This document shows, one piece after another, positions 28,566 through 37,657 of a DNA stretch of 64,000 bases. Position 1 is the first letter of the stretch, and every line of letters begins with the position of its first letter. Position numbers and translations under genes: made by a program. The notes under the pieces were generated by a model. The model worked only from the letters and a program-made list of their open reading frames with translations. It did no database searches and was not told the DNA's origin. Origin of the DNA: a virus; IMG/VR virus record IMGVR_UViG_3300016471_001132, positions 72,095 through 136,094 of that record. The stretch is one strand, 5' to 3'.

Positions 28566-30233
28566 TCAAAAGGGTATATCCCAAAAAGGATGCAATGTTC
28601 GGGTGTTGGTGTCAAAATGCCCCATTATCAAAAGATCGTATTGTTCCACCAGGGGCTGGATTTCTGCATACAGTTGCTGAGCCTTATCTTGTGCTCGTTG
28701 TTTGAGTTTATTCCAGTAGAGATCAAAATTTTTGATTTTGTCTTTACCAAACTTTTCTTCGCTGATGCGCATCCACTGATTCAAAATTCTACAGGCCAAC
28801 ATGTCCCCATAGTCCATCTGGTTAGTTCTCCAGATCGGAGTGATGCCATAGAAATGTTGCATGACCTTGGCATCTGACTGGCTATGCACAGATTCATACA
28901 ATTGTGCCCAATTGTCTATGTTTGGAAAAGATTTTGACATCCTAGATAACTCGTATCCGGACTTGAAAGACAAGCCATGTAACTTTTGATACAGTTTATC
29001 TGCACCCGGGCTATTGGGGAGGAGAACCCAGTGGCTAAAGGAAACGGTCGTGATCCCTGTCTCAGTCCAAATACGGTACATGGACTCGGCCACTGATTCA
29101 AAACTCTGGCCGGGCATACCCAACATGAATTGCATCTGCAGTTGAGACCGATAGCTGTAACCTATGTCGTCAAGTAATCTGAAGATCAATTTTTTCTGAT
29201 CATCCCAGGATAATGAAGGACGATCCATCTTTTGTAAAACATCGGTATTGATATCTTGCATCGTTATCATCAGTTTTTGCTTGCCTACTTTGGCATTGCG
29301 CTTCAACCAGCGATATACAGCATCTGCCTTGAGTTTGGGTGTATTCCATACATAAAATTTGAAATTACCACCAGGTTTCGTGATGGAATCGGCATATTCT
29401 ACTATTTCAAAATCTTCTTCCCATTGGCCAAAGTTTGCATCAGCTTCTCGGATAGACACATCAAGATCGCAAAAAAAATCCAATTCCTTGCGCCAGTCGG
29501 CCTTGCGACGTTTGACCTTGTGATGCAATCCACTGCTCCAATCGCAAAAGGTACATTTATACATGCAGCCCCGGGCGAATTCCACGGCGATCCTTAAGTC
29601 ATTGCGAGGTACGCCTTTGTCTACGATAGCTTGAACGTGCTGCCTGATCAAATCCTGTTGCGCTAGATAGGGACTGCTGGCCCAAAAATCTTCATCAGTG
29701 AATCTTTCCCATGGGTACAGTTTGTACACCCCTTTATTGTTGCGTACAATATTGACGAATTGCGAGTCGTCTGGTAAAAAGCCACCGTGATAATCCACGA
29801 TCTGTTGAAAGGCTTTCTCACCATCACCATAGACCACATAATCCACATAGGGATGCCGTTGGAAAAATTCAGGGTCTTTGTGAGTTGCCAACTGTGGTCC
29901 ACCCATGACGATCAGAGTTTCGGGATATTTTTCTTTCACCGCCTTGGCTATTTGGTGTTGTTCGTCTTCATTCCAGATGAACACACTAAGAGCCAGAATA
30001 TCTGGTTTGTCTCGAATGACACTTTCAATGATCTCTGGCAAAGGATCTACACTGATCAGATCCGCTGGTAACCAAGTTAGATTTTTATTATGTCCTTTGA
30101 GATCATAATAGTGTTTGATCAAAAAGAACGACATGTTGACATAAGTGGCTATCTCAATATCTTCTTCGTCATAGATCAGTTGTTCACTGTCCTGTTTATA
30201 GACTTTTTGATGTAGAACGAACTTTATACGCAT
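28566..30233 (-). CDS. B12-binding-domain radical SAM protein
   Basis: LSVFIW, VMGGPQ, GDGE, RGCMYKCTFCDW. Confidence 0.88.
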   Translation of the reverse strand: MRIKFVLHQKVYKQDSEQLIYDEEDIEIATYVNMSFFLIKHYYDLKGHNKNLTWLPADLISVDPLPEIIESVIRDKPDILALSVFIWNEDEQHQIAKAVKEKYPETLIVMGGPQLATHKDPEFFQRHPYVDYVVYGDGEKAFQQIVDYHGGFLPDDSQFVNIVRNNKGVYKLYPWERFTDEDFWASSPYLAQQDLIRQHVQAIVDKGVPRNDLRIAVEFARGCMYKCTFCDWSSGLHHKVKRRKADWRKELDFFCDLDVSIREADANFGQWEEDFEIVEYADSITKPGGNFKFYVWNTPKLKADAVYRWLKRNAKVGKQKLMITMQDINTDVLQKMDRPSLSWDDQKKLIFRLLDDIGYSYRSQLQMQFMLGMPGQSFESVAESMYRIWTETGITTVSFSHWVLLPNSPGADKLYQKLHGLSFKSGYELSRMSKSFPNIDNWAQLYESVHSQSDAKVMQHFYGITPIWRTNQMDYGDMLACRILNQWMRISEEKFGKDKIKNFDLYWNKLKQRAQDKAQQLYAEIQPLVEQYDLLIMGHFDTNTRTLHPFWDIPF

Positions 30234-30236
30234 GTA

Positions 30237-30431
30237 TTATATATCTTTGGGCTTGCTCAATTTTGGACCTGTTTCCAAATGATCATTCCATGCGTCCGGA
30301 ACTAGTGTCGGTACACCATAGATCGCGCAACCAGCATACATCATTGCCAGGTTCCAGCTATACACCGTGCGACACCAGTCCAGGTATCTGGTCAGTTCCG
30401 GAGTGAGGGCAGGCGCACCGTTACAGATCAT
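30237..30431 (-). CDS. Hypothetical protein
   Basis: Fills operon gap. Confidence 0.5.
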   Translation of the reverse strand: MICNGAPALTPELTRYLDWCRTVYSWNLAMMYAGCAIYGVPTLVPDAWNDHLETGPKLSKPKDI

Positions 30432-30828
30432 ATTGGGCCTTTAGGTTTAGGGTTCGATACAAGTTGTCCGGAGGTAGATTCCAATCTTCATAACCTTCAA
30501 ACAAGAGATCCACATAAGCAGGACTGGGATCACCACCAGATCCGTTCATCACATACACCATGAATCTTACACCGTCCTGTTCCAACTCTTGTTTCTGATA
30601 GTAGTAGGGATAACCTTCGAAAGTGTCTAGGTACTGTTCGCATTCTTCCGTGATTGACCAAAGTGCTCCTGGTACTGAGTGTCCTGATGCTGGTTCTATG
30701 GTGGCATGATTATGTAGCCGCAGCCGCCAGTCACGCAGGAAGAAACTCTGCACGGGTCGAGCATCTGGGCAACGATGCGCCATGCTGTCCAGGCTCATGT
30801 TGGCACCGTAGGCGAAGTAGAGTTTCAT
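30421..30828 (-). CDS. Gamma-glutamylcyclotransferase (AIG2-like)
   Basis: LYFAYGANM, VPGALW, LDTFEGYP. Confidence 0.9.
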   Translation of the reverse strand: MKLYFAYGANMSLDSMAHRCPDARPVQSFFLRDWRLRLHNHATIEPASGHSVPGALWSITEECEQYLDTFEGYPYYYQKQELEQDGVRFMVYVMNGSGGDPSPAYVDLLFEGYEDWNLPPDNLYRTLNLKAQYDL

Positions 30829-31073
30829 CGTATGTAGTGCTTTTTTATATATTCATCGGCTTGTGCTACGGTACTAGCGAAAAACAAAATATTGTCCTTG
30901 ATATCAAATCTATTACAAAAACTCTGACCGTAACGTTGATTCCGCAGACTTTCAAACACGAATCCCCGGGCCCACTGTTCATAATCTTGCTGGCTAACTG
31001 TATGACTTGGCAGTCGCTCAGCAGGTTTACTGTGCTGGATCAGATGTTCCACTATATGAGACATCACCGTCAT
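30825..31073 (-). CDS. Hypothetical protein (start uncertain)
   Basis: RYGQSFCNRF motif; ATGA overlap with GGCT gene. Confidence 0.65.
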   Translation of the reverse strand: MTVMSHIVEHLIQHSKPAERLPSHTVSQQDYEQWARGFVFESLRNQRYGQSFCNRFDIKDNILFFASTVAQADEYIKKHYIR

Positions 31074-31560
31074 TTATGGGTTCTCCTTTGTCGTTGACTT
31101 CGATCCAAGTGTAATCTCCTAGCCATTTTACCCTGGCTATGTATTGATACCAATCCGGTGCACCCGTGGTCCAGTCTGTGGGGCCCAGTGATACCAAAAC
31201 AGTTTCTTTTTTCCAGCTATTGTATGCAAGCCAATAGATTTGCCCGTGATATACCTGGAATTTATACTTGGCAGCATGTACCAGATCCGTGATTTCTAAT
31301 CTACGCCTGATGCTGTTGGCTTGTTTCTGCAACACCGCTACCAAAGACATTATCCTATCATACTCTTGTTGGGCATGCATGCGTGCCACGTTGAGCATGA
31401 TATCTTTTTGTTTTTCAACCGGAACCAGATCAAAAGCGGGTCCGCCCACTTCCACTGGATAGGGCGTAGAAGTGCGATTGATGAATTCAACCAAGCTATT
31501 GCCCATGGTAGCATCAAAAGATTCTCGACCTTTGGCACGATTGTTAGACTGATCACTCAA
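31027..31560 (-). CDS. DUF2452-like protein
   Basis: AQQEYDRI...LQKQA...AKYKFQ.YHGQIYWL pattern. Confidence 0.65.
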   Translation of the reverse strand: MSDQSNNRAKGRESFDATMGNSLVEFINRTSTPYPVEVGGPAFDLVPVEKQKDIMLNVARMHAQQEYDRIMSLVAVLQKQANSIRRRLEITDLVHAAKYKFQVYHGQIYWLAYNSWKKETVLVSLGPTDWTTGAPDWYQYIARVKWLGDYTWIEVNDKGEPINDGDVSYSGTSDPAQ

Positions 31561-31605
31561 ATCTTGACCTCGGTGATAAAACCTCCACGAAACATATAGC
31601 TCATA

Positions 31606-32277
31606 TCAGTCCCAGAGTGCCTCATAGTATCGACCAAACAGTCGGAAGCCATTGGTCATCCGGGCTTGATGTGCTGCCATGCCTTCTGTGTTGATCTCAA
31701 AGGTGTGGTTGGGACCTGGCACCATCTCGTATGTGGCTTCTTCCTCACCAGTGTCAAAGTTGGGATAGGTCCGGTCGCTCTTGCGCCAGGAGAGGTCATG
31801 CTCGCCCGAATAGTAATCTTCTTCCCAATGGTCTCGGCATTTCTGTTCGAACGCCCAGATCATCTCACCCAGCACCCAATCCCAGCGATCGTGATGGAAG
31901 GCATCTATGTCCCACTCATCTTCTTTTTTGGGTGCGGCTGTGCTACGCAGATGTTCGGGCACATCCTCGTCCGCCACATTGGGAGAACCGTGCTTGGTAG
32001 CCTTGAGTTGCCGGAGCATGGGCAACACGATGTCGGCCAGGGTGTGATCCATTGACCATGTGTCCCACGGGTCGATCTTGATGTACTGGATCCGGGGATG
32101 GATAAGGTCTAACACTGTCTGGATGAACTTGCACACAGGCTCAAGGCGATCGCTCCAGCGCTCGACCCAAGGTGTATCATAGTCGATTTTCTCCCAGTCC
32201 AGCCAGAACAAGGTTCGTTCCAGGATGGTATAGGGCGATATCCAGTGATCTCGATAACGACTGATGTAAACTTTCAT
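31606..32277 (-). CDS. Hypothetical phage protein (DTWSMDHTLA motif)
   Basis: DTWSMDHTLADIVLPML...RWDWVLGEMIWAF...GFRLFGRYYEALWD pattern recalled from T4-like phages. Confidence 0.8.
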   Translation of the reverse strand: MKVYISRYRDHWISPYTILERTLFWLDWEKIDYDTPWVERWSDRLEPVCKFIQTVLDLIHPRIQYIKIDPWDTWSMDHTLADIVLPMLRQLKATKHGSPNVADEDVPEHLRSTAAPKKEDEWDIDAFHHDRWDWVLGEMIWAFEQKCRDHWEEDYYSGEHDLSWRKSDRTYPNFDTGEEEATYEMVPGPNHTFEINTEGMAAHQARMTNGFRLFGRYYEALWD

Positions 32278-32468
32278 AAAGGACTACTCCATAATTCTGT
32301 GCCATGCGATTTTAACAGGATTACTATTTCTTGTCTATCATCCAGGAACTCTATGGCCCAGTTGTCGTTGCGCCAGGCCCAACGGAAATCTCTACCGATT
32401 TGGAGCCCTTGGCTCTCCAACCAAAGATACCATTCCCGGATGTTCCAATCCCCGCGCAGTTGGATCAT
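32274..32468 (-). CDS. Hypothetical protein
   Basis: Coupled ORF. Confidence 0.65.
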   Translation of the reverse strand: MIQLRGDWNIREWYLWLESQGLQIGRDFRWAWRNDNWAIEFLDDRQEIVILLKSHGTELWSSPL

Positions 32469-32684
32469 TTACCATGCCTCCACATCTGTGATGTCGATCT
32501 CGTGATAGCTCTGTGTGCCTTTGCGGTAAAACCGAGCGAACATGTCGGGGCCAATACCGCTTTCCCATTTCTGCAGGATGACCACGCTCTCTACATTTTC
32601 ATGCAATCGCATGTAGATCAAGATCTGCTCCATCTGCTTTCGAGATAACACAGCAGATTTTACTGCATTACCACGACCCATCAT
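32469..32684 (-). CDS. Hypothetical protein
   Basis: SGIG...EIDITDVEAW pattern. Confidence 0.65.
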   Translation of the reverse strand: MMGRGNAVKSAVLSRKQMEQILIYMRLHENVESVVILQKWESGIGPDMFARFYRKGTQSYHEIDITDVEAW

Positions 32685-32853
32685 CGATCCAGAGTCTCAC
32701 TGTCAAAAACAGCACAGAAACATTGATGGTATGCTCGTTGGGCCCGGCCCAATCACCGCGAGGTTCATAGCTGATCCTGGGAGTCCAGAACCAGTGATAG
32801 GGATTCAGTGTCACGCTGACGCTGGCACCCGAATATTTAACCCATTTAAGCAT
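32668..32853 (-). CDS. Hypothetical protein (start uncertain)
   Basis: C-terminal LFLTVRLWIDDGSW. Confidence 0.55.
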   Translation of the reverse strand: MLKWVKYSGASVSVTLNPYHWFWTPRISYEPRGDWAGPNEHTINVSVLFLTVRLWIDDGSW

Positions 32854-33184
32854 TCGATGCAACAGTGGCATTGAATCGTTGGATGACATCAGGATCTCCT
32901 GTTGTAACATGCACATGCATGGACTTTTTCATCTTGGCCGCCACTTCTGTGGCGGTATAACCCTGGGCCAAGAACACATCGGTATTGGCGTCAAACAAGT
33001 AGAACTGCCCGTGATGTTCCTCCACCTTGGCTTCAATAATGGCTGCCTCCAAGGCCTTTTTCAGTTCGCCGATGCGTGTTTCCAATCTACGGATCAACCA
33101 AGGCTTGATCGCCAGGTGGAATAAGGCCCAGGCAATGACATACCACATCAGCACGGTCAATGCCATTTCAACGAGTCCATTCAT
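32846..33184 (-). CDS. Membrane-anchored hypothetical protein
   Basis: Start moved to MNGLV (ATGA). Confidence 0.65.
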   Translation of the reverse strand: MNGLVEMALTVLMWYVIAWALFHLAIKPWLIRRLETRIGELKKALEAAIIEAKVEEHHGQFYLFDANTDVFLAQGYTATEVAAKMKKSMHVHVTTGDPDVIQRFNATVASNA

Positions 33185-33708
33185 TCCATCAGTCCTTTCT
33201 CTCGGGCACCTTGGGTGTACCATTCTGTGAGTGGCTCGGGATCTTCGTCGGGCTCCCATCCCCACTCGTCGGCGGCCAGCTCTTCAAATCTAGCCGGATC
33301 GTTTTCATACTGTACACAATCATCATCGTAGGTGTCGCCATCATAACTGGCTTCGCCCACGAATCCCATGCCGGGCTCATAATACTTGAGGCTGTAGCTC
33401 ACTCGGCCATCTTGCTGGGCCCAGTAGAGAAACGCTTCAGTGGGCGGTGCCCAGGCCGAGTTGAAACTGAACTCGATGCTGTCTTCTTCCTCATCGTTGA
33501 CCACATAAACATCGCAGATGTCCCATTTGGTACCCCAGTTTGTGACGCACCAGTCATACCAGTTTTCTTCCTGATCCGGGGGCAAGGGCCGCATCCATTT
33601 AAGCAAGCGGCTGTCCTGATCTCGATCTTCCAGTATGCTCCGGATCTCATCAATCACAGGCCGGGGGGCGTTGATCACTGCACGATTTTCACACCAATTG
33701 GGCATCAT
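33181..33708 (-). CDS. DUF1281/YubB ferredoxin-like domain protein
   Basis: MPNWCEN...WYDWCVTNWGTKWD...FNSAWAPP...YYEPGMGFVG. Confidence 0.85.
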   Translation of the reverse strand: MMPNWCENRAVINAPRPVIDEIRSILEDRDQDSRLLKWMRPLPPDQEENWYDWCVTNWGTKWDICDVYVVNDEEEDSIEFSFNSAWAPPTEAFLYWAQQDGRVSYSLKYYEPGMGFVGEASYDGDTYDDDCVQYENDPARFEELAADEWGWEPDEDPEPLTEWYTQGAREKGLME

Positions 33709-34143
33709 CTACTCCTGGTTGTGTTTCAAATACTTATAATGAGGACGCCAGCTCATGTCCGGATGATCCAGATCCAGCACGAATCCCCACTCACGAACCT
33801 TGCGTCCGGGTACAAACAGGGTCCATGCTGTCACCCCGGGTTCCAGTTCGATCCTGTGCAGGCTGGTGGGTTGACAAAAACGAAAATGGCCTGGACCACG
33901 CCAGAATCTTCCCTCGGGAGTGACCTCCCAGTATCCGCCCCGCAAGATCAAGGTGAAGTAGGGCCAGGGATGATCATGCAGATGATCTGGATCGCCCTTG
34001 AGGAACCGGTGGACGAAGACATTGAACGGGAACCGTTGTCTATCCCGCAAGAACACATAGTAGCGTTCCAGATAGGGTTCGTTGTCCTGGCGATCCATGA
34101 TGATGCGGTGTCGTCCCAGCCGCTGGAAGAGAGATTTTAGCAT
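33709..34143 (-). CDS. Cupin-fold protein (apparently leaderless)
   Basis: LHDHPW, GGYWE, HRIEL, WTLFVPG; promoter TTGACT-17-TAATAT at 34150-34178 with ATG 6 nt downstream. Confidence 0.8.
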   Translation of the reverse strand: MLKSLFQRLGRHRIIMDRQDNEPYLERYYVFLRDRQRFPFNVFVHRFLKGDPDHLHDHPWPYFTLILRGGYWEVTPEGRFWRGPGHFRFCQPTSLHRIELEPGVTAWTLFVPGRKVREWGFVLDLDHPDMSWRPHYKYLKHNQE

Positions 34144-34180
34144 ACTATTATATTAGCAGAAAATCTATTGTCAGTCAAAC

Positions 34181-34208
34181 AAAAAGGCCACCGAGCGATG
34201 ACCTTTTT
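34181..34208. terminator. Intrinsic terminator, A/T tracts on both sides
   Basis: AAAAAGGCCACC-GAGC-GATGACCTTTTT. Confidence 0.7.
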
Positions 34209-34250
34209 GTGATGTGGGCAGTCTGAATTGCCCAGCGAGTCAAAAAAAAC

Positions 34251-34520
34251 TTAGACCAAGCCCATAGCGATGGCTTTGTAGCCAGCAGCGATCAGCTTGC
34301 GGCTGGGTTTGCCCATCACGTACTCAGTGACTTGCACGCCGTTGCCAGCTTTGCGGCTGTTGGTGTAGACAGCATGACCGGCTTGACGCACACGGCTCAC
34401 TTCAGCGGCCAGGTTGCCGATGCCCATTTTCTTGGCTTTGGCTGCGGTCAGTGCTTCACCATTACGCAGAGCGGTAAAAACACGGAAGGTCTTGGTTTCG
34501 GGGTTGATAAACAGTTTCAC
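34251..34520 (-). CDS. Helix-turn-helix protein
   Basis: ALRNGEALTAAKAKKMGIGNLAAEVSRVRQAG; GTG start with AAAGG SD. Confidence 0.7.
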   Translation of the reverse strand: MKLFINPETKTFRVFTALRNGEALTAAKAKKMGIGNLAAEVSRVRQAGHAVYTNSRKAGNGVQVTEYVMGKPSRKLIAAGYKAIAMGLV

Positions 34521-34553
34521 AGTTTCGCTACCTTTCTTGAGTTGAGAAAAACA

Positions 34554-34587
34554 GATGTCACTTGACATCATGTGTGTAATATTACAC
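34554..34587. promoter_or_regulatory. Two adjacent palindromes upstream of the HTH gene (operator candidates)
   Basis: GATGTCA-CT-TGACATC (34554-34569) and GTGTAATATTACAC (34574-34587). Confidence 0.5.
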
Positions 34588-34640
34588 GGAGTATACATGG
34601 ATATCAACTGCTTTTGGTAAGACATCTTGCCTTTTTGCAA

Positions 34641-35018
34641 TTATTTGGTAGATTTAATGTTTCCGATATGCTTACAAGAGCCGCGGAAGGTGGCACCCGG
34701 ACAGGTACAACTCCAGCGACCATCCAAGAGACTCACGGTGTAGGTGTTGCCTTTTGATCCCTGCACCTCCCAGGTCTCACCTCGGGGCTTCTCGTCAGCG
34801 ATGACCTTGACCTTCATGTCAAAGCCCCACCGATTCTTCTTAACCTCTATGAACTTGCGGCCTCGCCGGTCAATGCGACTCTGGCTGGCAAAGTATTCGG
34901 GTGGTTCCTTGCCCCAACGGCTCATGGCCACCACACGGTCCCCGTTCATGAGATACACATGGTTGGGTTGGCGATAGGGCACTTTCCATTCGGTGACTTC
35001 TTCGAGGATTTTTAGCAT
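34641..35018 (-). CDS. SWIM zinc-finger protein (apparently leaderless)
   Basis: GSKGNTYTV...WSCTCPG...CKH; promoter TTGACC-17-TATAAT at 35025-35053. Confidence 0.85.
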   Translation of the reverse strand: MLKILEEVTEWKVPYRQPNHVYLMNGDRVVAMSRWGKEPPEYFASQSRIDRRGRKFIEVKKNRWGFDMKVKVIADEKPRGETWEVQGSKGNTYTVSLLDGRWSCTCPGATFRGSCKHIGNIKSTK

Positions 35019-35049
35019 ACCCATATTATAGCATTTTGGGCATTATTGG

Positions 35050-35295
35050 TCAACCGCCCCAACGCAACTGGAACAGCATGGCATCTCGCTCATCCCGGAA
35101 ACGATAGTACTCATACAAGGGCCTGTGACTCCAGACGCCCTGGGCTATGTCCGTACCATATCTATACCAGCGATCATCAAACTCGCCAAACTGTTCTTGG
35201 CACCAAGGCTCCACCTCCCAGTGTCGGGCCAGAGTCCGGCACTCCCAGGGGAATCGATTCTCGATGAGTTTGGACTCTAAGGAAACCCGTGTCAT
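35050..35295 (-). CDS. Hypothetical phage protein
   Basis: WCQEQFG...RFRDERDAMLFQLRW pattern. Confidence 0.7.
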   Translation of the reverse strand: MTRVSLESKLIENRFPWECRTLARHWEVEPWCQEQFGEFDDRWYRYGTDIAQGVWSHRPLYEYYRFRDERDAMLFQLRWGG

Positions 35296-35510
35296 CGCGA
35301 GAAGAACAAGCCCAGGATATAGATGGCCAACAATCCTGAGTTCACAGTGATCATGGCCCGATCACGGATCCGGATGGCCCACCACAAGAAAATGGCACTG
35401 CCCACATTGAGTAGATACACATTGAGTGGGTCGATACGCAGGCTGGTCATTAGGGCACCCAACAAAGTGAGCCCGGTGGCCGTCCAAGCAAGGGCCCGGG
35501 TGAAGGTCAT
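35292..35510 (-). CDS. Small membrane protein
   Basis: Three hydrophobic segments; start moved to MTFTR (ATGA). Confidence 0.7.
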   Translation of the reverse strand: MTFTRALAWTATGLTLLGALMTSLRIDPLNVYLLNVGSAIFLWWAIRIRDRAMITVNSGLLAIYILGLFFSR

Positions 35511-35665
35511 TCTCGGTGCCATACCCGCTCTTTCGTATCTAAGTTGATGCTCCAAGACATCAGCCTGCTGTAGATGGGATGGAGCCAAGCCCAGTCATAG
35601 TAGCACATGACCCTGCTGACCCAATCGCCCGTCCAATACAGGACATAGGCCAGTGTAATCTTCAC
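35507..35665 (-). CDS. 52-aa protein (not in track)
   Basis: GTG start overlapping the upstream stop: MKITLAYVLYWTGDWVSR...; ATGA at its end. Confidence 0.6.
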   Translation of the reverse strand: MKITLAYVLYWTGDWVSRVMCYYDWAWLHPIYSRLMSWSINLDTKERVWHRE

Positions 35666-35931
35666 GAAAACTCCAGCATGTTGATGGGCACATTGTAGCG
35701 ATAGGGACCGGTGTTGACGATGGCTTTCTTGATCTTCACCGACTCCACTGTGCCTGTGACCCTGCTGCCATAGCGATCTTTGAAGTAGACCCTGACGCCA
35801 GGGCGCAGGTCTCGCTTGACTTCGTGTGCCAGTTGGGCACGGGCGAACTGGATGGCTTGCCCCATGCGGTTGAGTTCTTCGTTGGTGAACTGTCCCACTT
35901 TGATCTCGCGGATGATATCTTCGGATGTCAT
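35662..35931 (-). CDS. Hypothetical SH3-like protein
   Basis: SD AAGGAG; promoter TTGACC-17-TATCAT at 35962-35990. Confidence 0.75.
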   Translation of the reverse strand: MTSEDIIREIKVGQFTNEELNRMGQAIQFARAQLAHEVKRDLRPGVRVYFKDRYGSRVTGTVESVKIKKAIVNTGPYRYNVPINMLEFS

Positions 35932-36044
35932 ATCTGCTCCTTTTTTAAACAATATACCTACATGATACAGAAATGGTAATTATTGGTCAATCTTGCTAGA
36001 TTAGTGCTTACTAACCAAAAATCAGTAGAAACCACGAGTGATGT

Positions 36045-36062
36045 TGCATTGCATGGTAAATA
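36045..36062 (+). promoter_or_regulatory. TGC-N3-GCA box plus late promoter TAAATA
   Basis: TGCATTGCA (36045-36053) then TAAATA (36057-36062). Confidence 0.55.
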
Positions 36063-36086
36063 CTGCTGATGACAAAGGAAAACAAT

Positions 36087-36227
36087 ATGAAACAAACCTG
36101 TAAAAAAATCTGGACATATCTCGTTTGCTTGGCTGAGAGTTTTGGTCACGCTCGTGCGGCCAGCGTTTTTGCCCGGCAAGGTCGCTACAAGATGGCCCAG
36201 CAAATCATGAATCAAAAATGTTCATGA
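36087..36227 (+). CDS. 46-aa protein (not in track)
   Basis: MKQTCKKIWTYLVCLAESFGHARAASVFARQGRYKMAQQIM; SD AAGGA. Confidence 0.7.
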   Translation: MKQTCKKIWTYLVCLAESFGHARAASVFARQGRYKMAQQIMNQKCS

Positions 36228-36355
36228 TGTTGAAATGGTTGGATGATTTACTGGGTCGTTGGACTCAGCATGAAATGGATCGTTGGTTTGATGGGATCAA
36301 TCCTGACTCTATCAAAGACATCGACAAATTTCTACGCTCAAAAGGATGGCAATGA
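36227..36355 (+). CDS. 42-aa protein, possibly DUF3563-like (not in track)
   Basis: MLKWLDDLLGRWTQHEMDRWFDGINPDSIKDIDKFLRSKGWQ; TGATG overlap. Confidence 0.6.
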   Translation: MLKWLDDLLGRWTQHEMDRWFDGINPDSIKDIDKFLRSKGWQ

Positions 36356-36423
36356 TGTATTGGTGGCCCGTAACAGACGAAGAGTGGGAACAGTTGAACT
36401 ATCCCAATCGCAAACCCAATTGA
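36355..36423 (+). CDS. 22-aa micropeptide (not in track)
   Basis: MYWWPVTDEEWEQLNYPNRKPN; TGATG overlap. Confidence 0.5.
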   Translation: MYWWPVTDEEWEQLNYPNRKPN

Positions 36424-36469
36424 TCTTCCGTTTGATTGACCACCCAGCCAGTGGCCAATAAATATCCAC

Positions 36470-37657
36470 ATGGATTGTAAGTTCAGCACCAATGGACTGG
36501 CTATTGATTATTTTGGCACAGTCAAGCCCTGTTGTCTATTCCAATACGATAAAAATTTCCAGGACCAAAACAACATCAAAGATCTGGATGTATCTGGCTG
36601 GCATAAATCTGAAAAAATCATCAGCATTACAAATTCTCTCGCCCAGAACCAGTGGCCAAAGGAATGCGGATTCTGCCAGCATACCGAGGCCAACGGCCGC
36701 GGCGACAGCATGCGATTAAACGGTCTCTCTTCGTATGGGCATTATTCATCTCAAGACATAACCTTGGAAATCCGGGGAGGATCCACATGCAACTTTGCAT
36801 GCCAGACATGTTGGCCGCAGGCAAGTTCGCGCGTGGCAAAATTTTATCAGCAAGCCAAAATCCAGTTTACTCCCCCAGATAACATGGATTGGGATTTCCA
36901 CCAACTGGATTCGGTCAAGCACAGGTTGAGGAATATAGTTTTACTCGGTGGAGAACCTTTCTATGACAAAAGATGTCTTGCGTTTCTAAAATGGTTGCTG
37001 ACAAATGATGTCCGTGCAGACATCACTGTCTTCACCAATGGATCAATGATCGATTGGCAATTTTTAGAAAGATTCAAAGGAAGAATCACATTGGTATTCA
37101 GCATTGATGCCATTGGCAAACCTGCAGAGTATATTAGATTTGGAAGTGATTGGAGCACAGTTAAAAAAAATTACGATTTGTGTCGCTCGCGGACCGAGGT
37201 CGCCACCAGGATAAACATAACTACCTCTCCTTACAATTACTTGTATCTCGAAGAGTTATTGAATTGGATCAGTCGAGATTGGCCGGAAGTGGTGTCATTT
37301 GGTCGTGCAGCAGAATCCAGAAACTCCATATACATGGACGAATCAATTTTCCGCGTCGAACAAAGAAGCGAAATCATCGAGAGTCTAATCCGGGCACAAT
37401 ATTTGTTGAAAGATAGCAAGATCGAAAGCATGCAAAAAATCAACGCTGCCAATGCGATTGGCAGTATCATCAAAAATCTGCGTCAGATGCCTTACAATGA
37501 CGCTAATCGTTTACAATTTGAAAAATTTATCGCTGACATGGACCTGATCAAAAAAATCAACATCAATGATTACTGTCCGGAGTTGGCCAGATATTTCGAC
37601 ATCAATCCAACCATATTGGACAAGGTCTCTTCTGAATTTTTTGAATCTGATATATAG
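36470..37657 (+). CDS. Radical SAM protein with N-terminal SPASM-like Cys cluster
   Basis: GTVKPCC, CGFC, CNFACQTC, GGEP, TNG; TAAATA 5 nt before ATG. Confidence 0.88.
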   Translation: MDCKFSTNGLAIDYFGTVKPCCLFQYDKNFQDQNNIKDLDVSGWHKSEKIISITNSLAQNQWPKECGFCQHTEANGRGDSMRLNGLSSYGHYSSQDITLEIRGGSTCNFACQTCWPQASSRVAKFYQQAKIQFTPPDNMDWDFHQLDSVKHRLRNIVLLGGEPFYDKRCLAFLKWLLTNDVRADITVFTNGSMIDWQFLERFKGRITLVFSIDAIGKPAEYIRFGSDWSTVKKNYDLCRSRTEVATRINITTSPYNYLYLEELLNWISRDWPEVVSFGRAAESRNSIYMDESIFRVEQRSEIIESLIRAQYLLKDSKIESMQKINAANAIGSIIKNLRQMPYNDANRLQFEKFIADMDLIKKININDYCPELARYFDINPTILDKVSSEFFESDI

